A DNA stretch of 64,000 nucleotides from an uncultured Gemmatimonadales bacterium (GCA_963821525.1 CAWGED010000010.1:1-64000); one strand, 5' to 3'. Positions 41,159-50,932 are shown, counted from the stretch's first letter. Numbers and translations are program-made. The notes: generated from the letters alone by a model not told the origin.

Positions 41159-43468
41159 ATGTTCCGCCGGCGCAAGGAAGCTGTCCTCAATCCGATCACC
41201 GTGGGCGACCGCTACACGCTCGACCGAGAGTTGGGCCGGGGCGGGATGGCGGTGGTGTATCTGGCGCGCGACCGCAAGCACGACCGCCCGGTCGCGATCA
41301 AGATCCTGCGCCCCGAGATCGTCACTGGCGAAATCGCCCAGCGCTTCCTGCGCGAGATTCAGATCCTCGCGCGTCTGCAGCACCCCCATATCCTCGCCCT
41401 GCTCGACTCTGGCGCCACCGATGACGTCCCACCGCGGCCGTTCTACGTGATGCCGTACGTGGAAGGCGAGAGCCTGCGCCAGCGGCTCACTCGCGAGGGT
41501 CCGCTCCCGGTCGCGGAGGCGATCCGCCTGGTGCGGGAAGCCGGCGAGGCGCTCCACTACGCCCACGGGGAGGGACTGATTCATCGCGACGTGAAGCCGG
41601 AGAACGTCCTGCTCTCGCAGCGCCACGCCCTGGTCGCTGACTTCGGCATCGCACGTGCCGCGGGCATCGCGGGCGGCAACCAGCTGACTGAGCCCGGGCT
41701 GAGTATGGGGACCCCGGCCTACATGAGTCCTGAGCAGGCCAGCGGCGAACGCGAGGTCGACGCTCGGGCAGACCAGTACAGCCTCGCCTGCGTTCTCTAC
41801 GAGCTGCTGGCGGGTGAGCCGCCCTTCACCGGGCCCAACATATTCGCTGTGATATCGCGCCAGATGCGCGACCCGGTGCCGCCACTGACGACGATTCGCC
41901 CCGGAGTGCCGATGTCGGTGCGACGGGCGATCGAGCGGGCGCTATCCAAGGTTCCGGCGGACCGGTTCGCGACGGTGCTGGAGTTCCTGGCGGCCCTGGA
42001 GGCGCCGGAGTCTCCGGAGGCTCCCGCGGTCGCGCCGAAGAAGGCGATCGTGGTACTGCCGTTCGCCAATCTGAGCCCCGATCCCGACAACGCGTACTTC
42101 GGGGACGGCCTGATGGAAGAGGTGATCGCGGACCTCTCCCGGGTCCGGGCGCTCACCGTGATCTCCCGGACCTCGTCGGTCAAGCTCAAGGAGACTGGCT
42201 GGGACCTCCGGCGCATCGGGCGCGAGCTCAACGTCCGCTACGCGCTCGAGGGGAGCGTGCGCAGGGAGGGCCCCGCCCTTCGGATCACGGCCCAGCTGAT
42301 CGACGTCGAGACCGACGTCCACCTCTGGGCCGAGAAATACGCAGGAACGGTGGACGACGTGTTCGATTTGCAGGAGAGGCTCTCGCGCCAGATCGTCGAG
42401 GCGCTGCAGATCACGCTCTCGCAACCGGAGGATCGCGAGATCGCGCAGCGTCCGATCGCGGATCTCCGCGCGTTCGAGTACTACCAGCGCGCCCGCCAGG
42501 AGTACTACCGGTATACCGGCGAAGGAATGGCGGCGGCGCGAGCGCTGGCGGACCACGGGCTCGCAGTGGTAGGCCCCAATGAGGCTTTGTATGGGATGCT
42601 GGGCACAGTGTACGCGTGGTCGCCGGTGGTGCTCGCCGGGGACGAGGAGACCACCCTGCGGGAAGCGGAGGCCTGTGCCCGCCGAGCCTTCGAGCTGAAC
42701 CCCCGCTCGGCGCAGGGTCTATCGATCCTGGGTCAGGTCGCCTACCGCCGGGGCAACGCCGGGGAAGCCGTTCGGCTGCTGACCCAGGCCTGCGCCGCCG
42801 ATCCCAACAATCCCGACGCGATGCACCAGCTGGGCGGCGCGTACCTGTTGGGCGGGCGGATCGGCCCCATGCGGGAGGTGCTGACCCGATTGGCCGAGCT
42901 GGACCCGCTGACGGCTAGCAATCACTGCCTGCTGGGATTGAGTTACCTGCTGGGCGGCGACGCCGCCGGTGCGCTGCCTTCTCACCGCCGGGCGGTCGAG
43001 CTGGATCCGCGGAGCACGATCTGCCGGGTCTGCGACGCCGTCGCGCTGGTGGCCGCGGGGCGCGAGGCCGAGGCGGCGAGCCAGTTCGAGTGGCTGGAAC
43101 ACCAGCCTTCGGACGATCACTTGGCGGCGGTTGCGGTGCGCTTCCGGCGCGGCCTGACCGGCGATCGGGAGGCGGTGCTGTCGCCGCCGAGCGCGGCGGA
43201 GCGCACGATGGCGGAATCCGACGAATACTGGTCCTACCTGATGGCGGGAGCCTATGCGCTGGTCGGTGACGCTGAGCAGGCACTGGGCTGGCTGGAGCAT
43301 GCGGTAACGGTGCGCGGGTGGGTGGACTATGTGTACTTCACCCGACATGACCGTTTCCTCGAGCGCGTCCGGTCGACGCGGCGCTTCAAGGAGCTGATGG
43401 ACTCGGCACGCGAGCGGTATGCGCGGTTCACGGACGCCGGCATACCCGCCGAACTGAGATCGATCTAG
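41159..43468 (+). CDS. Ser/Thr protein kinase with TolB-like and TPR domains
   Basis: LGRGGMAVV, VAIK, HRDVKPEN, DFG, GTPAYMSPE; IVVLPFANLSPD; TPR repeats. Confidence 0.92.
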   Translation: MFRRRKEAVLNPITVGDRYTLDRELGRGGMAVVYLARDRKHDRPVAIKILRPEIVTGEIAQRFLREIQILARLQHPHILALLDSGATDDVPPRPFYVMPYVEGESLRQRLTREGPLPVAEAIRLVREAGEALHYAHGEGLIHRDVKPENVLLSQRHALVADFGIARAAGIAGGNQLTEPGLSMGTPAYMSPEQASGEREVDARADQYSLACVLYELLAGEPPFTGPNIFAVISRQMRDPVPPLTTIRPGVPMSVRRAIERALSKVPADRFATVLEFLAALEAPESPEAPAVAPKKAIVVLPFANLSPDPDNAYFGDGLMEEVIADLSRVRALTVISRTSSVKLKETGWDLRRIGRELNVRYALEGSVRREGPALRITAQLIDVETDVHLWAEKYAGTVDDVFDLQERLSRQIVEALQITLSQPEDREIAQRPIADLRAFEYYQRARQEYYRYTGEGMAAARALADHGLAVVGPNEALYGMLGTVYAWSPVVLAGDEETTLREAEACARRAFELNPRSAQGLSILGQVAYRRGNAGEAVRLLTQACAADPNNPDAMHQLGGAYLLGGRIGPMREVLTRLAELDPLTASNHCLLGLSYLLGGDAAGALPSHRRAVELDPRSTICRVCDAVALVAAGREAEAASQFEWLEHQPSDDHLAAVAVRFRRGLTGDREAVLSPPSAAERTMAESDEYWSYLMAGAYALVGDAEQALGWLEHAVTVRGWVDYVYFTRHDRFLERVRSTRRFKELMDSARERYARFTDAGIPAELRSI

Positions 43469-43516
43469 TCGGCGAGGCCGATCGATTCCTCCGATGCCCG
43501 GCTCTGCTCCGGGTAC

Positions 43517-43567
43517 GCTTAACTGGACTCGTATACTCGACCCCCCGAGGTCAAGCCGGCGACAGGG
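43517..43567 (+). repeat. highly degenerate attC family relic
   Basis: GCTTAAC-TGGACTCGTATACTCG..GAGGTCAAGCCGGC-GACAGGG. Confidence 0.5.
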
Positions 43568-43588
43568 GGGCTAACAAGGAAGTTTAGG

Positions 43589-43975
43589 ATGGCCACCATG
43601 TCAGAACAGAATAAGGCGATCGTGCGGGCATTCTACGATCTGGCCTTCAATGACCAACAGCCCGCCGAGGCCGCCGCCAAGTACATTGGCGCGACCTACC
43701 GCCAGCATAATCCCGGCGCCGCCGATGGCGCGGAGCCCTTCGTGGCTTTCGTAACCGGCTTCCTCAAGGCCTTTCCCAGGCTGCGCGTCACCTTCAAGCG
43801 GATGGTAGCCGAAGGCGAACTCGTTGCTCTCCACAGTCATTTTGTGCGGGAGCCCGGGGACGGAGGGTTGGCGGTCATGGATATCTTTCGGTTGGAGGGC
43901 GGCAAGCTCGTTGAACACTGGGATGTGCTCCAGGAAGTCCCGCCTGCGACGGCCAATCCCAACACGATGTTCTAA
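43589..43975 (+). CDS. SnoaL-like/ester cyclase family protein
   Basis: NKAIVRAFY, YRQHNP and DIFRLEGGKLVEHWDV. Confidence 0.9.
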   Translation: MATMSEQNKAIVRAFYDLAFNDQQPAEAAAKYIGATYRQHNPGAADGAEPFVAFVTGFLKAFPRLRVTFKRMVAEGELVALHSHFVREPGDGGLAVMDIFRLEGGKLVEHWDVLQEVPPATANPNTMF

Positions 43976-44126
43976 GGATTCCGGCCCTGCGCGCGGTGCG
44001 CATCCACCCGGCCATCACCCTGCGGTCGGCCTGATTCACGACAGCCACGGTGCAATCAGGTTAGATTTCGCTGCTCGGCCTTGCGTTAGTCATGGCCGTG
44101 GCTGATTCCTCTACTGGGCAGGACCG

Positions 44127-44501
44127 ATGACTAGCGATGCATCGCAGGACCCCTCGTCGACACTTACGGACCGGGTCAGGGCCCACGTCGCGGAGGCCGG
44201 GCGGCGGCTCGACAATCGTGCGCGCGAGGCCAACGGCAAGCAGAAGCAGCTCCGGCCGACGCGCTCGACCAAGAAGGCCGCTTCGGTCACGGGCAGTTTG
44301 GAGACTGAGCGGGACGTCCAATCACTGCGAAAGGTCTACCGCGAAATGCGGGGGCTCTACCGGAGCTATCGTCGAAAGGCTGGAACGCCTGCGGTGCCCG
44401 AGCTCCGCTCCGCCGTCCACGCCTTCAGGCGCGGCGAGAGTCTGACTTCTCTCGTCCATATCGCCTCCTTCCTGGACGACCGCAAACTCCTGGCCTGGTG
44501 A
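44127..44501 (+). CDS. hypothetical basic protein
   Basis: AGGA RBS; 124-aa ORF whose stop overlaps the next ORF. Confidence 0.55.
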   Translation: MTSDASQDPSSTLTDRVRAHVAEAGRRLDNRAREANGKQKQLRPTRSTKKAASVTGSLETERDVQSLRKVYREMRGLYRSYRRKAGTPAVPELRSAVHAFRRGESLTSLVHIASFLDDRKLLAW

Positions 44502-44527
44502 GGTTGCGCGTGAAAGGACGCAGACGA

Positions 44528-45052
44528 ATGAACGCAAAGGCGATTGGCCTGGCGGCGATAGCCGCACTTCTCACTACCACACTTCCCGCCTACGCCCAGA
44601 GCGACAAGGAAGTGCAGGAGGTGATCCAGGAGTTCGTGAAGAGCGACTCGGGGATGAAAGGCTGGTTCGCAGACTCCTACGGGTATGCCGTGTTCCCCTC
44701 CGTGGGCAAAGGCGCCGTCGGGGTCGGAGGCGCCCGCGGCAAAGGGCTGGTATACGAGCAGGGCAAGCTGATTGGGAAGACCACCCTTACGGCGGTGACC
44801 ATTGGGCTTGCGCTGGGCGGTCAGGCCTTCCGGGAAGTGATTTTTTTCAAGGACAAGACCGCCCTGGACGACTTCACTCGGGGCAACTTCGAGTTCGCTG
44901 CCGAGGTATCGGCGGTGGCCCTCAAGGAGGGTGCGTCGGCAGACCTCGGCTACAACAAGGGGGTGGCAGTCATGACCGCCACCAAGGGTGGCCTCATGTA
45001 TGAGGCCTCGGTCGGCGGCCAGAAGTTCTCGTTCGAAAAGACTAAGACATAG
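44528..45052 (+). CDS. YSC84/SYLF lipid-binding family secreted protein
   Basis: YAVFPSVGKG..GGARGKG and GGLMYEASVGGQKF. Confidence 0.85.
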   Translation: MNAKAIGLAAIAALLTTTLPAYAQSDKEVQEVIQEFVKSDSGMKGWFADSYGYAVFPSVGKGAVGVGGARGKGLVYEQGKLIGKTTLTAVTIGLALGGQAFREVIFFKDKTALDDFTRGNFEFAAEVSAVALKEGASADLGYNKGVAVMTATKGGLMYEASVGGQKFSFEKTKT

Positions 45053-45055
45053 CCT

Positions 45056-45090
45056 CCGAACCGCCGAGCCGAACCGCCGAGCCGCCGAAC
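45056..45090 (+). repeat. short tandem repeat
   Basis: CCGAACCGCCGAG x2 plus CCGCCGAAC between convergent genes. Confidence 0.8.
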
Positions 45091-45093
45091 TAT

Positions 45094-45552
45094 CTAGTTC
45101 CAGTTGTCGATCTTCAAATCATCCGGCGAAGGCCGGCCCTTCCCGGTTTCCACAAAGTCTCTGAGACTCAGGAGAAACACCGCCCATTTCATGCTGCAGT
45201 GGGCGGTAAACTCGATCGCTTCCCGCCAATTCCGGTGCCCGAACAGGAGCACCGTCGTGTCGCCCTCCTGAGTCAGTTGGAAGGTCGCATCGGTCCCGAC
45301 CCATTCCGGCGGTCCTCCCAGGAAACGCCACTGGACTTCCCGATTGGGCTCGAGCTTGGTCATCTCGAAGTCCATCTGCCCGATTTCCTTCCCGTCCTTG
45401 TGACGGAAGCGAACATTGATTTTCCCGCCGACCTTGGACGATCCGGTCGTGTCCCGGGTCCACCACCCTGCCACGCCCTGCGCCGTCGCCAGCGCCTCAT
45501 AGACCTTCGTCGCGGGCGCCTTGATGCCGATTCGATGAATGATGTCAACCAT
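45094..45552 (-). CDS. SRPBCC/AHSA1 domain protein
   Basis: HRIGIKAP..VYEALAT..GWWT and HCSMKWAVFLLSLR. Confidence 0.88.
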   Translation of the reverse strand: MVDIIHRIGIKAPATKVYEALATAQGVAGWWTRDTTGSSKVGGKINVRFRHKDGKEIGQMDFEMTKLEPNREVQWRFLGGPPEWVGTDATFQLTQEGDTTVLLFGHRNWREAIEFTAHCSMKWAVFLLSLRDFVETGKGRPSPDDLKIDNWN

Positions 45553-45581
45553 AGTTTCCTCTGCTTGTCTTTGGTTAATGC

Positions 45582-45926
45582 CTAGCCTTCGACTATTTCC
45601 ACAAACGCTTTCAACCTCGCTGCCGCCGCGTCCCACTGCGCCGAGACGTGATCGATGTACTCCCGCGCGACCTCGAGGCGTTTGAGATCCAGCGAGAACA
45701 CATGCTCTCGGCCCTCCCTGGTGTCTCGCACGAGGCCCACCTTCCCTAGTGCGTGCAGGTGCCGGGTGATCGCCTGGCGGGTCATCCCGCTCCCCTCGCT
45801 CAAGCGGGTAATGGAGAGCGGGCCTTCGGTCGACAGGCGTCGCACCAGGCTGAGCCGGGTAGCGTCCCCCAGCGCGGCAAACACCGGGGCGGCCTGGCGC
45901 GCAGCTCCGCCTCTGCTAGCCGACAT
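45582..45926 (-). CDS. ArsR/SmtB family regulator
   Basis: FAALGDATRL and TRQAITRHL..GLV..GRE. Confidence 0.88.
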   Translation of the reverse strand: MSASRGGAARQAAPVFAALGDATRLSLVRRLSTEGPLSITRLSEGSGMTRQAITRHLHALGKVGLVRDTREGREHVFSLDLKRLEVAREYIDHVSAQWDAAAARLKAFVEIVEG

Positions 45927-46386
45927 AACTCGCCAGCTTTTTGGACTGGCCGGTCCACCCTGCCTCGTTCATCCGGAACGCCTCAGCGCGTCGCGTGCTG
46001 GGGAGACGGTCGAAGCCCGACTCAGTGATCGTCACCGCAGTGCCACCCGCCGTCTCTTCCAGCCGGAATTCGACCAGGGTGGTCGGCTCCGCCGCGTAAT
46101 CGACCTCGGGATTCATCGGGTAGGGATGCCAGCGGTAAGAGAAGTAGCCCTCTGGTTCGATCCGCTCGACCTGCATCTCAAGCGAGATGTGCTCATATCC
46201 CGGAATGGTGAGTCGTCCGAAAACGGTGGCGCCGGCGGTGAAGGGGCGGTCCAGCTTCATGCCGAACCAGGCGCCGAACTCGTTCGCATCGGAGATCGCC
46301 CGCCAGACCCGGGAGCGCTTGGCACTTACCTCGAAACGCTTCTCGATCCGGTCGGTGGTCTGGGGTTGGTCGGTGGTGGCGGTCAT
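45916..46386 (-). CDS. SRPBCC/AHSA1 domain protein
   Basis: RVWRAISDANEFGAWF, TLVEFRL and TITESGF. Confidence 0.9.
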   Translation of the reverse strand: MTATTDQPQTTDRIEKRFEVSAKRSRVWRAISDANEFGAWFGMKLDRPFTAGATVFGRLTIPGYEHISLEMQVERIEPEGYFSYRWHPYPMNPEVDYAAEPTTLVEFRLEETAGGTAVTITESGFDRLPSTRRAEAFRMNEAGWTGQSKKLASYVG

Positions 46387-46432
46387 AAGTCGTTGCTGCT
46401 CCTGTCTATCGGTTGCGGTGGCTCGCTAACGT

Positions 46433-46493
46433 GCAACAGTTACGTTGCCTATTATAAGGCCCACCTTGTAAATGCGCAACTGTTGTGTTGCGC
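46433..46493 (-). promoter_or_regulatory. promoter with two palindromic operators
   Basis: Minus strand TTGCGC-17nt-TATAAT; GCAAC-N6-GTTGC at 46433-46448 and 46476-46491. Confidence 0.75.
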
Positions 46494-46586
46494 TTCTCTG
46501 GATGCCAGGCCGGGCCTGACCGGCGCCTTCCACAACCCGCAAGCTCTTGCGAGGATTCTGGGTCCAACTCAAGTGAGCAGGTTTCG

Positions 46587-47051
46587 ATGAGCCCAAAGAA
46601 AAACACGCCGAAGTCCGCCAAGACCACCACCGCGACCGGCAAGAAGTTCAAGGGATTCACGGACGAAGAACGACTCGCGATGAAGGAGCGGATCCAGGAG
46701 CTGAAGGGGGCGGACGGGGAAAGTGCCGTCCTCGCGAAGATCGCCGCGATGCCGGAACCGGATCGTGCGATGGGCAAGCGGCTCCATGCGATCATCAAAG
46801 CCAGCGCACCAGCGCTCGCGCCGAGACTCTGGTACGGGATGCCCGCCTATGCCAAGGACGGCGAGGTCGTCTGCTTCTTCCAAAACGCGCAGAAGTTCAA
46901 GACGAGGTATTCGACGCTTGGCTTCAGCGACAAGGCGAACCTCGACGACGGCGCCATGTGGCCGACCGGCTTCGCGCTGAAGGAGTTGACTGGCGCTGAG
47001 GAGGCGAGGATCCGCGCGCTCGTGCAAAGAGCAACCACCGGCTCCCCCTGA
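46587..47051 (+). CDS. DUF1801 protein
   Basis: [29 protein letters not shown]. Confidence 0.85.
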   Translation: MSPKKNTPKSAKTTTATGKKFKGFTDEERLAMKERIQELKGADGESAVLAKIAAMPEPDRAMGKRLHAIIKASAPALAPRLWYGMPAYAKDGEVVCFFQNAQKFKTRYSTLGFSDKANLDDGAMWPTGFALKELTGAEEARIRALVQRATTGSP

Positions 47052-47169
47052 CCGAGGAACTTGGGAGTCAGTTCCGCGCTCAGAATGAGCCAATTCGGGC
47101 GTAATCCGCGCCTAATCAGGTCGAACAGCGGAACAAAGACTTATGGACACCTAACAATGAAGGAATCCC

Positions 47170-47991
47170 ATGACTGCTGTAGCCGTTAACCCGAATCAGG
47201 CGCTCTGGGAAAAAGGAGATTTCACCCGGATTGCGGCCAGCATGCGCGAAAGCGGCGAGGCTCTCGTGCAGCGCATCGGCGTCCGCCGCGGAGACGACGT
47301 CCTGGACCTTGGCTGCGGCGATGGAACCACCGCCTTGCCTGCCGCCCAAACGGGTGCCTACGTCCTCGGCGTGGATATCGCCCGGAATCTGGTCGAGGCC
47401 GGGAACCGGCGGGCCGCGGCGCTCGGCCTGGCCAATTGCAGATTCCAACAGGGCGACGCCACGAACCTTGAGCTGATTCCGGATCGCGCGTTTGACATAG
47501 TCGTCAGCATCTTCGGCGCCATGTTCGCTCCCAGACCCTTCGACGTGGCCAGGGAAATGGTTCGCGTGACGCGCCCCGGGGGACGGATCGTCATGGGCAA
47601 TTGGATTCCGAACGACCCCACGCTCGTCGCCCAGATTCTGCGAATCAGCTCCGCCTATACCCCGCCGCCTCCCGAGGGATTTGTCAGTCCGATGACCTGG
47701 GGCGTTGAGAGCCAGGTGGTGGAGCGCTTTGTCGCCGCGGGCATCCCGGCAGAGAAGATCTCGTGCGTTCGCGACACGTTCATCTTCCGCTTCGCCGGAT
47801 CGCCAGCGCAACTCGTCGATGAGTTCAGGAGATACTACGGGCCGACGATGAATGCCTTCGACGCGGCGGAGAAGAACGGGCGCGCCGCGAGCCTGCAGGC
47901 AGAGCTCGAGGAGTTGTTCACCGCTCAGAACACGAGCACCAATGGCACGACGATTCCAGCCACGTTCCTGCGGGTGGAAGTGACCTGCTAA
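47170..47991 (+). CDS. class I SAM-dependent methyltransferase
   Basis: VLDLGCGDG, FDIVVSIFGAMFAP and RVTRPGG. Confidence 0.9.
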   Translation: MTAVAVNPNQALWEKGDFTRIAASMRESGEALVQRIGVRRGDDVLDLGCGDGTTALPAAQTGAYVLGVDIARNLVEAGNRRAAALGLANCRFQQGDATNLELIPDRAFDIVVSIFGAMFAPRPFDVAREMVRVTRPGGRIVMGNWIPNDPTLVAQILRISSAYTPPPPEGFVSPMTWGVESQVVERFVAAGIPAEKISCVRDTFIFRFAGSPAQLVDEFRRYYGPTMNAFDAAEKNGRAASLQAELEELFTAQNTSTNGTTIPATFLRVEVTC

Positions 47992-48162
47992 CCCCGCCTC
48001 CCGATACGGGCCTGATACCATCGGTACAATTGACCCGGCTCATTTCCGCTGGTAACTATGGCGCGGCAGGTCCATCGACCTGTCGCGTCCGATTCAAGTA
48101 GACGTACCACGCGCCGTCGGGAAGCGGTCAAGGCCGCTGACCTTGGGAAGGAGAAACGGGGT

Positions 48163-48717
48163 ATGGGAAGCAATCAAAGGTGGGCGATCGCGGTCGCGAC
48201 GGCACTCATCAGTGCCTCAGGCGCCGGCGCCATGTCCGCCCAGGACAAGTACAGCGTGAAGGTGCCGGGTGGGCTCGCGTTCTCCGAGTTCAAGGGATAC
48301 GAAAACTGGCAGCTGATCTCCGTCAGTCAGGACGGCGGCCTGCTGGCCGCGATCCTCGGCAATCCCGCGATGATCGACGCCTACAAGGCCGGCGTTCCTG
48401 GCAACGGCAAGCCGTTCCCCGACGGCTCCAAGATGGCGAAGATCCACTGGAACCCGACCAAGATGTCGGTGTTCCCCCAAGCGACGGTGCCGGGCACCCA
48501 GCATGACGTCGACTTCATGGTGAAGGACAGCAAGCGGTTCGCGGACAGCGGTGGGTGGGGATGGGCCGTGTTCGTGTACGACACTGTGTCCCACGCGTTC
48601 ACGCCCGGCACCACGGCTGACAAGCCGCCGCAGGCAAACGACGCCAAGTGCGGCTTCGGGTGCCACACTATAGTGAAAAACAGGGACTACGTCTTCACGG
48701 ATTACGGGGCGCGCTGA
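48163..48717 (+). CDS. cytochrome P460 family protein
   Basis: Signal peptide; FPDGSKMAK, MVKDSKRF..SGGWGW and C-terminal CGFGCH. Confidence 0.85.
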   Translation: MGSNQRWAIAVATALISASGAGAMSAQDKYSVKVPGGLAFSEFKGYENWQLISVSQDGGLLAAILGNPAMIDAYKAGVPGNGKPFPDGSKMAKIHWNPTKMSVFPQATVPGTQHDVDFMVKDSKRFADSGGWGWAVFVYDTVSHAFTPGTTADKPPQANDAKCGFGCHTIVKNRDYVFTDYGAR

Positions 48718-48736
48718 ACCAGGAACGCCATCAGTC

Positions 48737-49147
48737 TCAGCGGGACTTGCGGTGGCCAGCGCCGGATTGGTTCAGCGCCACCGCTTCGCGGATCAGAGCC
48801 TTGAAGGAGGCCTCATCGATCTTCTCCCCTTCGCGGAAATCGATGGCCCGCCTGGTGTTTCCTTCAAGGCTCGAGTTAAAGAGCTTCCTGGGGTCCTTCA
48901 GCTGGGCGCCCTTGGCGAAGGTCAGCTTCACGGCGCTCTTGTAGCTCTCGCCGGTGCAGATCAATCCGTCGTGTGACCAGACCGGCCCACCCCATTTCCA
49001 CTCCTCCACCACTCCCGGGTCCGCCTCCTTGATCAGACCTCGCAGCCGAGCGAGCGTCTCGCCTCGCCAGTCGTCCAGCTCCTTTATCCTCCCGTCTATG
49101 AGTTGAGAGGGAGACCCGCCTGCCGGCTCACCGCTGCTCTTCTTCAT
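48737..49147 (-). CDS. DUF1801 protein
   Basis: EEWKWGGPVW and FAKGAQLKDPRKLFNSSLEGNTRRAID. Confidence 0.88.
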   Translation of the reverse strand: MKKSSGEPAGGSPSQLIDGRIKELDDWRGETLARLRGLIKEADPGVVEEWKWGGPVWSHDGLICTGESYKSAVKLTFAKGAQLKDPRKLFNSSLEGNTRRAIDFREGEKIDEASFKALIREAVALNQSGAGHRKSR

Positions 49148-49196
49148 ATCGTTTCATCCCTTCAATTCGAGTTGTTCTTCTCTCGTGCCGATGCTT

Positions 49197-49415
49197 TCAG
49201 GCGTCGCGTCGCCCGCTGCGCCACTTGGCGGCATACGGCAGCACGAACAAGTACAAACCGGTGACCGCGAGCAAGGCAAGCGGGAACAGCGGCACGTAGC
49301 TCACCCAGACGAGAGGCTTCTCCTGTTTCAAGGCGACGAACGTGACGATGACGGACACCGTAAAGACAATGGCCAGCCAGCGGTGGGTCTGCCGAACCCA
49401 ATGGTTCCAGTTCAC
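49197..49415 (-). CDS. small membrane protein
   Basis: GGAGAGG RBS; RQTHRWL and 2 TM segments. Confidence 0.75.
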   Translation of the reverse strand: MNWNHWVRQTHRWLAIVFTVSVIVTFVALKQEKPLVWVSYVPLFPLALLAVTGLYLFVLPYAAKWRSGRRDA

Positions 49416-49451
49416 TGCGACCTCCTCTCCGGATTGCTGGACGTTGGATGG

Positions 49452-49991
49452 TCAGCTCGGAATGTCTTTACCGAATTGCCTGGCGTACTCCGCATTCAGC
49501 CGCTGCCAGCCGCCGAACTGCATTGTCTCGGGGCCGGCGATGCGTCCAATCGGCTGGCCGGCGAGCAGCCGGTCCAGCACATCCAGGCAGATGTGCCAGC
49601 CCGCAGCACCCCACGAGATGAAGCGGCGATCGATGTTGTGCCAGAGGGTCAGGCGGGTGCCGCTGCCGAGCGGCTCGAGCTCCCACCGGAGGTCCCCGCC
49701 ACCCCAGCTGTACTCGAGCAGCCTCGGCGCCTCGGCCCGCTTCACCGTGGTCTCGGAAACCTGCGGCGTTCCGACCGTCGAGAGCTTCACCGTGGTTCCA
49801 GCCGTACCCAGGCTCCCATCGGATTCAAAGGGAGCCCACTCGCGCAGCTGCGCCGGGTCGGTAAGTGCCTGCCAGACTGTCGCCGGCGAGTGGCGCAGCT
49901 CTCTGACGAGAATCAGGGTCCATTTCTCTCCCTCCTTACGGACTTCCGCCCCGCTGGCCGGGCCCGGTGCGTACTGTACGTGATCGGTCAT
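49452..49991 (-). CDS. SRPBCC/AHSA1 domain protein
   Basis: VWQALTDPAQLREWAP and AAGWHICLDVL. Confidence 0.88.
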   Translation of the reverse strand: MTDHVQYAPGPASGAEVRKEGEKWTLILVRELRHSPATVWQALTDPAQLREWAPFESDGSLGTAGTTVKLSTVGTPQVSETTVKRAEAPRLLEYSWGGGDLRWELEPLGSGTRLTLWHNIDRRFISWGAAGWHICLDVLDRLLAGQPIGRIAGPETMQFGGWQRLNAEYARQFGKDIPS

Positions 49992-50329
49992 TTCCCCCTT
50001 CCCTTCTTCTTCGTTGACGGTGATTGGTCCATGCGGTCGAGGTGGCGCTCGAGCGCATCGACATGACCGGACCAGAACCGACGGAACGGATCCAGCCAGG
50101 CATCCAGTTCCTGAAGTGGTTCTGGCTTCAGTCGGTAGAGGCGGCGTTGAGCGTCCACTGTGGATTCGACGAAACCGGCCTCGCGCAGGACCCGGAGGTG
50201 CTTGGACACGGTCGGCTGCGGCATCCGAAGGCGACGCTCGATCTCTCCAACCGACCTTTGGGACGAGACCAGGAGGCCCAGAATCGCGCGGCGGTTCGGC
50301 TCCGCGATGATTTCGAAGACGGATTCCAT
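49988..50329 (-). CDS. ArsR/SmtB family regulator
   Basis: FEIIAEPNRRAIL and QPTVSKHLRVLREAGFV. Confidence 0.9.
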   Translation of the reverse strand: MESVFEIIAEPNRRAILGLLVSSQRSVGEIERRLRMPQPTVSKHLRVLREAGFVESTVDAQRRLYRLKPEPLQELDAWLDPFRRFWSGHVDALERHLDRMDQSPSTKKKGRGK

Positions 50330-50335
50330 GGCCTT

Positions 50336-50374
50336 AGTATACCGCCAACAGTATATACTTGTCAAGGCATATAC
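50336..50374 (-). promoter_or_regulatory. sigma70-type promoter with imperfect palindrome
   Basis: Minus strand TTGACA-18nt-TATACT-6nt-ATG; GTATAT..CTTG.CAAG..ATATAC at 50351-50374. Confidence 0.75.
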
Positions 50375-50375
50375 G

Positions 50376-50840
50376 AAACACGAAGGCCCGAAGGCCACAG
50401 ACGGGTCGTCGCTGCCGTACAATCCCGCTCACCTCGGCAAGATCACCTAGCCAATTTCTTAACAACAAAAGCGCTCTGTGATCCTGCCCAGGTGGCTCGG
50501 AGGGCAGAGTGTCATCGGAGCCCTCTGTGCCCTTCGTCTCTTCGTGTTTTCGTACAGGAAAAGCTTACCACGGAAGACGCGGATAACGCGGAAGCACGCG
50601 GAATTGGGCTGGTTCAATTCAAACACGAAGACACGAAGGGCACAGAGGGGTCGCCGCTGCCGTAGGATCCCGCTCAACTTGGCAAGATCACCTCGCCAAT
50701 CTGTGAATCAACAACAGAGACTCGTGATCCTACCCAAATGATTCGGAGGCCAGATTGTCAACGGAGCCCTCTGTGCCCTTCGTGTCTTCGTGTTTTGCGT
50801 GATTATCCGTGTGCTTCCGCGCGTTCCGCTGTAAGCTTTT
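50376..50840. repeat. two ~175-bp inverted-repeat-bounded units plus outer IR pair (REPIN/MITE-like)
   Basis: Units 50376-50549 and 50621-50795 end in AAACACGAAG..CACAGA / TCTGTGCCCTTCGT.TCTTCGTGTTT; unit 2 is enclosed by AAAAGCTTAC (50559) ... GTAAGCTTTT (50840). Confidence 0.85.
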
Positions 50841-50932
50841 GGTGGCGATCACGGATCATCCCGCTGGCGCAAAGGTCGCCTCGTGACCAGTTTGAGCCCG
50901 TGGACGACCCCTGACTTGGGCAGGAGGCTATC

